Below are positions 52,925 through 64,000 of a stretch of DNA of 64,000 bases, one piece after another. The number at the start of each line of letters is the position of its first letter. Position 1 is the first letter of the stretch. The DNA is taken from positions 24,910,795 through 24,974,794 of the forward strand of contig NC_092670.1 of NCBI RefSeq assembly GCF_964355755.1, given 5' to 3'. Origin of the DNA: Antedon mediterranea (lineage: Eukaryota > Animalia > Echinodermata). The notes beneath the pieces are model-generated. The model ran no database searches. It saw only the letters and a list, made by a program, of their open reading frames with translations, and had not been told where the DNA came from. The position numbers and the translations under genes were made by a program.

Positions 52925-55900
52925 TTATTTTCTTGGTGAGGCTAGTGGTGTTCTAGGCATGCTAAAATAGTTACTGAAGGCTGCCTGGAGCATAGAAGCC
53001 CTCTGAACATCTTCCTCACGTAGACGCGAGAATTCATTATCTTGTGATCTCAGCGTTTCTTGTAACGATCCTATCTTGTTCTCACAATCTTCAATCTCTA
53101 ACTGATGTTTCTTATTTTCATCTATCAAAAAAACATTTTTTAACAATTTATTTGGAACAATGTAGAAACATTTTATGTATATACTGTATACTCTTAAATT
53201 ATTAAAGAAAGTATATAATATATGTTTTTCTAATATTATTTGAAAAATCAGGAGGAAAACAGATAATACCAACAGTAAGCATAACTGTTATAAAATATAA
53301 TGTAACTGTTGAAAAATATATTTTTTTTTGTTAGATTTACGCGAAAGTGTCCCTAAATAGGGTGTCCAAAAAGAGGGGTGCTACTTAAATAAGATTGATA
53401 TTAGATTTGATATTACTAACCTTTAAGTTTTTGTTCTAGCATTTCACACCTTTCTTGTACATCGTTGAACCTGTCTACTTGCGCTTCTAGCTTACTCATT
53501 TGTTTACTATGATTTAACTGTACTTTGTTTACTTCTGCTATTGTTTCATTAGCTTTGCCTGCAAGTTCCTGCAAAACAATTCAAAGGAAATCTACATAAT
53601 GTTGTTGCTCTGTCTAACTATAAAAAAAAGTGTGATGTACCCAAATATGGTAGTAATATGCCCAAATATGGTAGTGATATGTCATCATGTCCATATATGG
53701 GCTCATCACATTTGTTGTCACATAAAGTTTGATAGTGTAGACAGAGCTTACATATTAGTTGTAAGAGGTAGGTTGATCAACTTTTCTAGAGTACATTAAA
53801 GCAAGGAAGTACAAGCTCTGTCTACACTATCAAACTTTAGGTGAAAAAAAATAATGATGTGCCCATATATAGACATGATGATGTCATATCACTACAATTT
53901 TAGGTATATCACACTGCTTTCGTCAAACTACAGTAGTTTAATAATCTAGACAAGGCTTAAGAGTCCACAATTTATTAAAGATGTATTGTCCTCCAGAAAA
54001 ATGAAAATCAGACTTTACATACACCATTTTGCATTTGTTTTAATAAAGTTATTCACTTCTGTAAAAAAAACCCTAAAAAATAATTAATTTTAAACAAAAG
54101 CCAGTCTGATTAAGCATTCTTTTTCTTTGCCTTTAACATCACCACAAGGGAAACATTAAAATAGAGGTTTTAATTAAAATAATGAATCTTACATGATTCA
54201 GATCCTCCAGTTTACGCTTCAGTGACTCGATCTCGAGAGTAGCATTGCTAAATTTAGCTTGGTACTCCGCTGAACTTTGACTTTGTTGTGATGAATACTG
54301 TTGTAAATCATCCTTGGCATTTTGAAGTAGACGGATCTTGTCTTCCAAGAACTTGCTTCTTTGTTGCTACAAACAAAATAGGAAAAAACCTGGCGAAACT
54401 CTATTTGTTTATTCAATTTCACGTATTTATTCAAGCTCTTAATTGCTAGAATATAGTTTAGAATTATACATCCTTTATTGCTAAATCTATAGACAAACGA
54501 AACTTTTATTTGGCCTTTTCTCAAAACCTAATAAATATCTAAATCAGGGGCTCTCAAAAGGTAGCCCCTAATAAAAGTAATGTTAAAAAACATTAATGTG
54601 GCAAAGCCCATGAAATTTGAGGGTTTCACCCCATGATCCCTGTAACTATGCTCCATATCTAGATTATGTAAATTACAATCTGACCCATGGTAAAAACTTT
54701 TGAGAACCCATGATGTAAATTAATTACTATATTTTTTGGATTTTCGACAACAAAGAGATAGGTAATATTTTATATGCAAGTCATGTTAATATCGTGCATT
54801 TCGTAACTAACCTCTTCCTCTTTAACACGCTGTTTAGCCTGTAACACTTGTTCCTCCATGGCCATCCTGTCAGCGACTTGCTGCGTCTTTTGTCTACTTA
54901 TCTCTTCTTCTAATGTTAGTCTCTGCTGTTCCAGTTTTCCAATTCTTTCCTTGTATGATTTCTCGCTGTCCTCCATCTGCTGACGGAATCGCATTTGTTC
55001 TTTTTCATGACGAGTCTCCAAATCACGATTTATTTCCCTTCCCCTGTGCCTCTCCTTTTGCAATTTTTCTATAAAATAAAAACATCATACCTTTGAAGGT
55101 TATAGTAAGGAAGGTAAATCAATATCACCCAATATTCTACACACAATCATATAAGCATAATAATTTTATAAGTATTTCAAAACTCTAGAAATTCCACCTT
55201 CTCTTCAAAACGGCAAATTTACCAAAAACAAATTTCACTATTCAAAATGCATTACAAAAAAAGAAGTATTTTAGGCAAGCATTGGGTGTCCGGTATTTGA
55301 AAAGTTGACAGTATTTAACCAACCTTCATTCTCAGTGCTTTGTACTTTAAGTTCAGCATGTAGTTCTGCATTGTCTTCCTTCAGATTGTAAACCAGATCC
55401 TGTAGTTGTTGACACTTTTTTTCCAAGTCTTCTATCTTGTTTTCCATCTGCTCATTCTTATCTCTGTAGTTTGATATTTCTTTGGATAATGTTGACTCAA
55501 TCAGAAATCTTTCCTGGTTCAAAAACAAAAAACAAGGGGAATGAAGACACTATATACAAAACAATATACAGTTTTGTTTTCTTCATAATTTTCTAAAGAT
55601 TCAAACTAGCAGGGTATTTGCTCCAGTCTACACTTGAATCCACCACCTACCCTGGACGAATCAACCGCCTACCCTGGACGAATCCAACACCTACTCTGGA
55701 CGAATCAACCGCCTACCCTGGGCAAATCCAACACCTACTCTGGACGAATCAACCGCCTACCCTGGACGAATCAACCGCCTACCCTGGACGAATCAACCGC
55801 CTACCCTGGACGAATCAACCGCCTACCCTGGACAAATCCACCACCTACCCTGGACGAATCAACCGCCTACCCTGGACAAATCCACCACCTACCCTGGACG

Positions 55901-58900
55901 AATCAACCGTCTACCCTGGACAAATCCATCACCTACCCTGGACGAATCAACCGCCTACCCTGGGCAAATCCACCACCTACCCTGGACGAATCAACCGCAT
56001 ACCCTGGGCAAATCCACCACCTACCCAGGACGAATCAACCGCATACCCTGGGCAAATCCACCACCTACCCTGGACGAATCAACCGCCTACCCTGGGCAAA
56101 TCCAACACCTACCCAGGACGAATCAACCGCATACCCTGGGCAAATCCACCACCTACCCAGGACGAATCAACCGCATACCCTGGGCAAATCCACCACCTAC
56201 CCTGGACAAATCAACCGCATACCCTGGGCAAACCCACCACCTACCCAGGACGAATCAACCGCATACCCTGGGCAAATCCACCACCTACCCTGGACGAATC
56301 AACCGCATACCCTGGGCAAATCCACCACCTACCCAGGACGAATCAACCGCCTACCCTGGGCAAATCCAACCGCCTACCCTGGACGAATCAACCGCCTACC
56401 CTGGACGAATCAACCGCCTACCCTGGACGAATCAACCGCCTACCCTGGGCAAATCCACCACCTACCCTGGACGAATCAACCGCCTACCCTGGACAAATCC
56501 ATCACCTACCCTGGGCTAATCTACCCCTACGCTGGGAACTCAACTTCTTACTCTAGGCAAATCCACCACCTACCGTGGAAAAACACTCCCTACCCTGGGC
56601 TAATCTAACCTACCCTAGGGGAGTCAACTCCCTACCCTGGGAAAATCCACCATCTACCCTAGGTGAATCCACTAAACTGGACAATTCAACCCTCTACACA
56701 TTATTACTAACCTCTCTTTCATGGCCAATCTCTTTCTGTTGAGTTGATGTTATTACTGAATGTTCTTCTTTCATGTGGTCAATTAAAGCAGTAAGATCAT
56801 GTGATTTTTGGTCAGCCAATGAAAGTTCAGCTTCAGTCATTGACAACCTATAAAGAAAAAAAATACATGTTTTGTTCTAAATTCTAAAAACAAGCTATGG
56901 TACCCTCCTTTGGTAATGGAGATATGGTGATAAAAGAGCAAACACAAGCTGTGAGCCTCTACCTGAGATTAGTTACAAAGGAATACCTCTTTTGCTGATG
57001 GAAATAATAAATTCCCCAACATGTTGTTAACAGTTGCTTGTATACTTACTTTGCTTGTAATGAATTAAAAGCTGTTTTCCTTTCATGCAACGCTTCTTGT
57101 AACTGCCGTAAACGTTCTCCTGTGTTTCTTTGTGTCTTTTGCATTTCCTCGTCCTTTCTATCTATCTTTGTAATTAAGTCACCGACCTGTTGTCTCTTTT
57201 CTTTCTTCAGTTGCCGTATCTCGCGTGTCAGGAGATCTTGTCGCGTTTGATGCTGCTGTGAGAGATTATTCTTGCTTTCATTGTTTATTCTCAACATATC
57301 TAATTTGAAAAATTTAATTTTAAATAATTGTGTGAACTATGTATTTAGATGAATACTTCAACTTAATTGTTTTGTATTCAGGGTTCTCGCCACGGTGGTC
57401 GGCCCTGTCCACCACTCAGAATTTCCGACCACCACTTTCATGGCGTCGACCACCACTATATTTACGCATTTAGATTGTAGCCTATTGTTATTATAATTAT
57501 CTACGCGTCGATCGTAGGGTGGTTCGTAGGGTTAATAAACATCATTGTCAATCTATCATTCATTGCCTACTACTTACCTATTGCTTTAATCAGGTCTTGT
57601 GGAATATTATTACCATTCAAATCAACCTGGATGATAGTGTCATTGTGCTGCAATCCATTCAATAAACAGCGCCCTCCTACTAAACCTAGATTGTTCCATC
57701 TAAGATCTTTAAAAATAATTTGAAACAATATAACTTAACAGACACTCTTCTATGGTAAAGTTAATTCTGATGAATCACCTTTATATTATAGCTTTTTTGT
57801 AAGGCTGTTGAGATATAGTATATTTTACAATTGTTGTGGTTTTATTATGCTATCAACCATAACATACATTTGTACATTTCAATTCAGTTATTGTGGGCTT
57901 ATGTATAAAGTATATACTTTGATTACTTTACCAAGAACTTTCAGAGTTGAGTTTTTTTTAAGTGCCATAGCGAGTTCACCAGCACAATCATGACTCATCT
58001 GGTTGTTTCTTAAGTCAAGGAGCTCTAAGCAGTTATTGGTGGAGAGACCATCGGCAAACATTGCAAAAGAATTGCTGTCCAATCCAATAGAATTCCATTC
58101 AAGAAACAGTCTAGAAAAATATACAAAATGTATATTATAGGTACAATTTTTGTTCAAAAAGTCAGGATGAATAGATATAAATCTATTCTATAGGTATGTT
58201 GGAAGAATTCTTTACCTTTTAATATTGTGATTGCGCCTCAACAGTTGTCCTAAAAACTCTGTCCCTGATGACCTAATGTTGTTTCCCTTCAAATCAATCA
58301 TTCTTAGGGATGAATTTTTCGAAAAGCCCTCAGCTAACAGCTTGACACCTAATTAAAAGAGGATAAAAAAATGTTATCTTAATATTTCAAGTAACATTTA
58401 ATTGACAAACTAATTACGGTCACAGTACATATTGGCTGCCATTTATTTCAGTCGCTATAATTCACCTTTAAAAAAAAATCATCACTCTTGACAATGGTAA
58501 TTAAAGACAATGTTGAGTAAACCAAGCCTAACCTTTGTTCTCAATAAAGACATGTTACTCCATGATAAAGACAAGGGTGACTAAAATATCAATTTAAGGC
58601 ATTCATAACTGGCAGATGAAATCAGACACCAGTGAATATTTTCATTACTGATAACAATAATTATAATCGTTAAAGATATATTGTCCCCTGGAAAAAATTA
58701 TTTTATTATAATTATGTTTTTGTTGAATACTATATGCTATTTTAATGTAATAATAGTTATTCACTTTGACCAAAAATTTGATTAAAAAAAAGTTTTCCTG
58801 AAAAACTGGAATTTAAAGTAAAAAAATTATTAAATTTACTGGAAGTAAATAGGTCTTTGGTTGAATTTAACCAAATTATTTTGTCTTATAAGTGAAAATA

Positions 58901-59293
58901 TTTATTGTTATTGATTTTTCTATGAATTGGAAATGATGGAACTTTATTTAAAAATTGCGAAATGGCCTATTTAAAGTCTTTTTAAAAAAATATTTTCATG
59001 TTTTTTTGGGAAAATACATCTTTAGTTACAGATTGCACTCACTCACCTTCATCTCCAATCATAGAGTCCGACAATTTCAGTTCTATGATGGAAGTATCAT
59101 TTGCAAAGAGGCGACTGAATATTGCACATGTTTGTAAGGAGAGGCTTGTAGTTGACAGATCTAGGAGGCTACTTGGTCGATGAGAAGACTTGTTGGATAA
59201 GTCTCTAGGTTGCAGGACTGACAGTACACTCTGCTGCACTTCAACACGGTTCTCTTTACAAAGTTGAAGATATGTCTGCTTGAGGTTATCCAT
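52925..59293 (-). CDS. LRRC45: Leucine-rich repeat-containing protein 45 (LRR + long coiled coil), complete, ~679 aa
   Basis: 11 exons: 59047-59293, 58216-58348, 57932-58110, 57578-57706, 57050-57299, 56712-56847, 55324-55513, 54812-55068, 54193-54366, 53421-53568, 52925-53121 (2040 nt, in frame). Motifs YLQLCKE, IDLKGNNIR, LFLEWNSIG, LDLRNNQMSH, DLRWNNLGLVGGR, NNIPQD follow the order in human LRRC45; the C-terminal half is coiled coil. Confidence 0.92.
53607..53957. mobile_element. Two adjacent MITE family A copies (53607-53748, 53814-53957) in an LRRC45 intron
   Basis: Both have GCTCTGTCTA...TAGACA ends; internal sequences are in opposite orientation. Confidence 0.85.
55637..56672. repeat. 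22-bp GC-rich minisatellite, ~45 copies, with 44-bp higher-order alternation, in LRRC45 intron 6
   Basis: CCTACCCTGGACGAATCAACCG alternating with (C/A)TACCCTGGGCAAATCCACCA; lies between exons 56712-56847 and 55324-55513. Confidence 0.96.
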
Positions 59294-59827
59294 TTCCTAG
59301 TATTTGGAAAGACAGAATTTAAAGCAAAGTTAATTAATGTTTTTTAATTAAGGTTATTTCATTCAATCCAGTCAACATATTTAATAAATAATGACCCAAA
59401 AAAATAAGTAGGCTAGCTAGGCCTATTTTGAGTTTTTTTATATTAAAAATAAAAATGTATAAACATACAATTGAATTGATTAAATATCACAATATCATTA
59501 AATATTATGTTAGCATGTAGGCCTACTTGATAACATTTTATATCATAAAACCCTACCAGGCGATACCGCCAGGCCTAGTTAAATAAGGGAAGAGATCCGT
59601 CCCTCTCTATCTCTAGGCCGGCTGCTACATGCACGCTTAGCACGGAGTTCAGGCGGATGCCTACCTATCAGATCTATTCTAGGCCTAGAATTTAGATGGC
59701 GGTGCTTTTTGTTAGGTCTAGGCTAGCTAGGACCTGGCCTTAAACAGGCTCAATTTGTCGTATTACTACTATTCTTTAGCCCAACTAGGCCTCAAAGTTT
59801 AGCTAAATAAAATTTAAAATCTCATAC

Positions 59828-60080
59828 ATATTTTTGCAAAATTTGCTTTATTTTAACATTTTTAGAAAATCCTCTCCAGTGTTTAGTCAGCAGCAGCCCC
59901 GCGTCGCTGTTTTAATTGTTTGTAAACAAAAAAGTACAAATTGTATATTGCGCCCCCAGTTAACAACATTATTATAAAACTTTTTTCATCTCGTCGTTTT
60001 TCTATCTGTTTGAACCAGGGAAGAGTTAACTCTTTCCTGATTTGAACGTACTGCCTGGCCCATAAATAATTATACAACTC
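59828..60080 (-). promoter_or_regulatory. Putative LRRC45 non-coding first exon and promoter
   Basis: Acceptor (CTAG|) 3 nt before the ATG at 59296; candidate donor GTATGA at ~59827; CpG-rich patch at 59890-59960. Boundaries approximate. Confidence 0.45.
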
Positions 60081-60156
60081 ACCTTCTATAAATTATTATA
60101 TAATAATAATGTAATTGTTTGTAACCACTGTGGAGTAGCTTTGCGTGTGTTGAGTA

Positions 60157-60306
60157 ATTGGTCAGATGTTTTGCCCTACCATGATGTAATTTGTACTTCA
60201 TACAAGTCCCACCCGAGAATTACTTGCATATTTTTTCGCAAGTATTCTCATTGTACTTAGTACGAAGTACAAATTACGTCAGAGTAGGGCAAAAACATCT
60301 GACCAA
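60157..60306. mobile_element. Hairpin MITE-like inverted repeat between the FLCN 3' end and the LRRC45 promoter
   Basis: ATTGGTCAGATGTTTTGCCCTAC...GTAATTTGTACTTC pairs with GAAGTACAAATTAC...GTAGGGCAAAAACATCTGACCAAT. Confidence 0.7.
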
Positions 60307-60766
60307 TAATAATAATAATACTTTCAAGCTGTATGAAGATTTATTGGAACCCTTCTATTCTAAGCTTAATTGACTTTCTGGCCAGAATGTAAAATCACAG
60401 GGTTACACACACAAACAAATCACTCACTCTATTAATGTTCTTCAATATATTTAATATATAGATATATACATATATTTTTTATTATGTGTGATAAATATGC
60501 AAGATATAGTTTCAAATACTATAGATTGCAAAGATTATTAATTCTTTCTTTTAAATATATAAAATTGGTTTCATATTACAAATGATTAATGCTGATGTAC
60601 AAATAAACAAAATATTAAAATAGTTCACTGATAATGATAATAGCAAATAGAAAAGCATTGTTAATATTTGACAATCATCATAGTTTGAGCAATTGTAAGT
60701 CAATTCAGTCATTTATACAGAAAATCACTATAAAACATTGTGTCAGAGTTGATTCTTTGATTCAGT

Positions 60767-61585
60767 TTATGATTGTGTACCAATATTAGAAGTAAGTAGA
60801 TGTGATCTGTATTGACTACTGAGCCCAGTTTATGATTGTGTACCAATATTAGAAGTGAGTAGATGTGATCTGTATTGACTACTGAGCCCAGTTTATGATT
60901 GTGTACCAATATTAGAAGTGAGTAGATGTGATCTGTATTGACTACTGAGCCCAGTTTATGATTGTGTACCAATATTAGAAGTGAGTAGGTGTGATCTGCA
61001 TTGACTACTGAGCCCAGTTTATGATTGTGTACCAATATTAGAAGTGAGTAGATGTGATCTGCATTGACTACTAAGCCCAGTTTATGATTGTGTACCAATA
61101 TTAGAAGTGAGTAGATGTGATCTGTATTGACTACTGAGCCCAGTTTATGATTGTGTACCAATATTAGAAGTGAGTAGGTGTGATCTGCATTGACTACTGA
61201 GTCCAGTTTATGATTGTGTACCAATATTAGAAGTAAGTAGATGTGATCTGTATTGACTACTGAGCCCAGTTTATGATTGTGTACCAATATTAGAAGTGAG
61301 TAGATGTGATCTGTATTGACTACTGAGTCCAGTTTATGATTGTGTACCAATATTAGAAGCGAGTAGGTGTGATCTGCATTGACTACTAAGCCCTGTTTAT
61401 GATTGTGTACCAATATTAGAAGTGAGTAGGTGTGATCTGTATTGACTACTAAGCCCAGTTTATGATTGTGTACCAATATTAGAAGTGAGTAGGTGTGATC
61501 TGTATTGACTACTGAGTCCAGTTTATGATTGTGTACCAATATTAGAAGTGAGTAGGTGTGATCTGTATTGACTACTGAGTCCAGT
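60767..61585 (-). repeat. 63-bp tandem array, 13 copies; the first copy is the FLCN C-terminal 20 codons plus TAA
   Basis: Unit ACT GGA CTC AGT AGT CAA TAC AGA TCA CAC CTA CTC ACT TCT AAT ATT GGT ACA CAA TCA TAA; first TAA at 61523-61525, last at 60767-60769 (12 x 63 apart). Confidence 0.97.
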
Positions 61586-63982
61586 TTTCCAGAATTTTAG
61601 GAGTTGTTGATCAGATTCCTCGGTCTTGAGTACTTTTAGAAGTTGTTCCATTTCATCTTCGCTTCGTTTTCCTGTACGGCTGTACTTGTACACAACTTTC
61701 ACTTTACTGAAAAGAAGTTTGTGAATAAAGGAATTAAACTTTACATTGAGAATTGCAAGTAAAAAGGTTCCAAATATTTTCCTTTCTACTGTGTTTGAAA
61801 TGCAATTGACTAAAAACTATCTCCTGTATTGGAAGATAAGGTCATTAGAATAAATTGAAAGGGGTTGCTCATTAGTCACTACCTAATTACCTAATGGCTG
61901 GAAGGAATGGAGAGGGGGCATCCACTTTAGCTGGAAACATTTGATATACACAGAGTATTTATTATTTACCCTTTTCAATGATTCAGTTTTAACCTTATTG
62001 TTTCAAATATCTGTATTATAGGTTATGATAGGATAACATTACTTAAAATAAACAGTGTTACTGGGTAACTAGGGTAAAACCAGTATATCTGACTCTACCT
62101 CAGCTAATAGTTACATGAATATACTTACTTCATCCACTCCTCTTGTAAACAGACCAAATATGTCAGTACAACTTCAGGAGTAAAATGTGAGCTGTCTAAA
62201 ATGCTTTCTATCTTTGCTAAAATCGTAGGTCCTGCAATTAAATGAAGAACTTTTTATTGTAAAAAGAAAATTAGAACAAATTTGTATGGTCAAACTTTTT
62301 TCCCATCGTCATAAGGCTTTATAATAACTACACAGGTTACTAATTTGAATTGTACATTTTTCATATTTTTATTATGTATATGATTTCTTTTTACTTTTTT
62401 ACTAAAGATATGCATATGTTTTTATCATATGCCAAATGAGTTACCCATGTGGAATAATACAGTTTTGAATTTGTACAGAAGTCAAAGGTCACAGATATCT
62501 TAATACAGTATTTACCTTTGTCAGGCAGTGGTTGGCTGCTTGTCATATTAATACCATAGCCATGGAATGGGCTGTCCTCAGTAACACATAACCTGTTGGA
62601 GTTTGTTGGACACATATCAGGAGAGAGGACATCAAGAAGGATGTATTGTTCATTTTCGATGACATGTGGAGGAAGTCCAGTAAATGGCGGAAGGCCGAGA
62701 AAGTTACAACTCCATGAGGGCTGATACTTCTCACTAAATGGTACTAATTTACAACAGCCATTAGGTAATATACTCTGTAATAGACAAGAAATAAATGTTA
62801 TGGTGTACATCAGTTTTTTCATACATAACCACGTTTTGAGTATAACTCAGACATGGACTTCTTTTAATGTGGAATTTTCGATTTGAACATACACCACGTC
62901 GACTGATACCCTATGATATGTGCAAGTCAACTGCCATGTTGACTTCCAAATTTTAGAACTTGTGACACGTTATTTCGCTCTCTGAACTAAGTCGACTTAT
63001 GATGTCTTAACACTGCAATTACCAACATTCATCTGTCCACAATGACAGGACTAAGATGTCTGAAAGATGCACTTTAAATGGTACCATATTTAAATAAATT
63101 CCTACGGCTTATTATACTTACTTTCAGTATATTCAATAATGAGTTTATTGTGTTAAGATGCTGCGATCTGACAATGATCTGATTACCAATCAAAACATGA
63201 TGGGCCAAATCATGGAAATTCAGACTACCAAAAACCTAATTTACAGAAAACAATTTTAGACAAAAATAAATTTGATGAATCAGAAAATGATAAAGTTGAA
63301 AACATTCTGAGAGTAAACTTGAAAGTCAAAACTCTTCTGTTTTCTACTTTCAATAGATTTGTAAAACCAGACATATGACGGGGACCGAGGTTCCCAATAT
63401 CAGTTTAAAAATTGTAATGTTGAATTGTTGGTCTACCTTTCTAAGGTCTTGTAATGAAGTAAAAACAGGTCCATTGTCATTGCACGGTTCTTCTACAATT
63501 AACGGATTTGCCATCTCAATGGGTATGTGCTGAAGGAACTCCTCTTCATTTGGAGGTGTTTCAGTCTCTGCTTCCTTTAGCTTTGTTTCAACTTTGATAA
63601 ATCCTTCCTCAGTTTCTAATATATAGAATGAAATAATTTTCTAAAAATCTCAATTTCATTTTATTTGATTTGTAAGAGTTCAAATTGGTGCAGATTCTGT
63701 AACAGAAAGGTTTCTGTAACACTGATGTTTTCTGTAATCACCAGGATGGGTTCCGTATTACACCAGGATTTTTCTGGCAACTGATGAGGGTGATGATTAC
63801 GATATTCGTATGGCAACCATTAAGGTGTTATAATAATCATATAAATGACAAAATTAGTTTTCTTACCTTCTTCTTTATCTAAGTCTACAACGGTTTCTTC
63901 TTTTGGTGGGCCTTGCAAAACTTTTTCCACAATACGACTTGACCCCGTTTTTAACACCCAAGTAAACGTCATATGTATATAC
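61523..63982 (-). CDS. FLCN: Folliculin, 3' partial (C-terminal DENN-like region)
   Basis: Exons 63867-63982, 63437-63615, 63122-63235, 62516-62774, 62129-62231, 61523-61706. Peptides TFTWVLKTGSSRIVEKVLQGPP, PVFTSLQDLRK, LAHHVLIGNQIIVRS, LPNGC, CNFLGL, GPTILAKIE, CLQEEWMNKVKV, LLKFWKTGLSSQYRSHL correspond to human FLCN (GPTILNKIE, CLKEEWMNKVKV, LLKFWMTGLSKTYKSHL). Confidence 0.95.
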
Positions 63983-64000
63983 CTAAACAAATTCTTATCA

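Noticed and set aside
55618-56608. 312- and 324-aa Pro/Thr-rich ORFs
   Set aside because: Translations of a 22-bp satellite (not a multiple of 3) inside LRRC45 intron 6, on the opposite strand.
60709-61539. 276-aa HNHKLGSVVNTDHIYSLLILV repeat ORF as a separate gene
   Set aside because: Alternative frame of the FLCN-derived 63-bp array; it starts at TTG rather than ATG and has no promoter evidence.

Overview
AT-rich eukaryotic (invertebrate animal) genomic DNA with GT-AG spliceosomal introns; most ORFs in the supplied track are intron or tandem-repeat artefacts. I reconstructed four spliced genes by hand with phase-consistent splice sites. (1) The 5' part of a Sidekick-like Ig cell-adhesion gene on the - strand (signal-peptide exon at 43.6 kb, Ig1-3 exons down to 13.8 kb, presumably continuing off the left edge). 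(2) A complete sulfamidase SGSH on + (47573-50556), divergent from sdk. (3) A complete LRRC45 on - (52925-59293). (4) The 3' half of folliculin FLCN on - (61523 to the right edge). Introns carry seven tandem arrays, several PIF/Harbinger-like and Tc1/mariner-like MITEs (some nested) and a tRNA-derived SINE. The most unusual signals are: TA-to-TACAGTA/TACTGTA/TACGGTA 5-bp insertions visible by comparing repeat copies, matching Tc1/mariner excision footprints; a 13-copy 63-bp array made of FLCN's last 20 codons plus stop; and TAGGCCTA clusters in the inferred first introns. Family assignments come from remembered protein motifs, not database searches.
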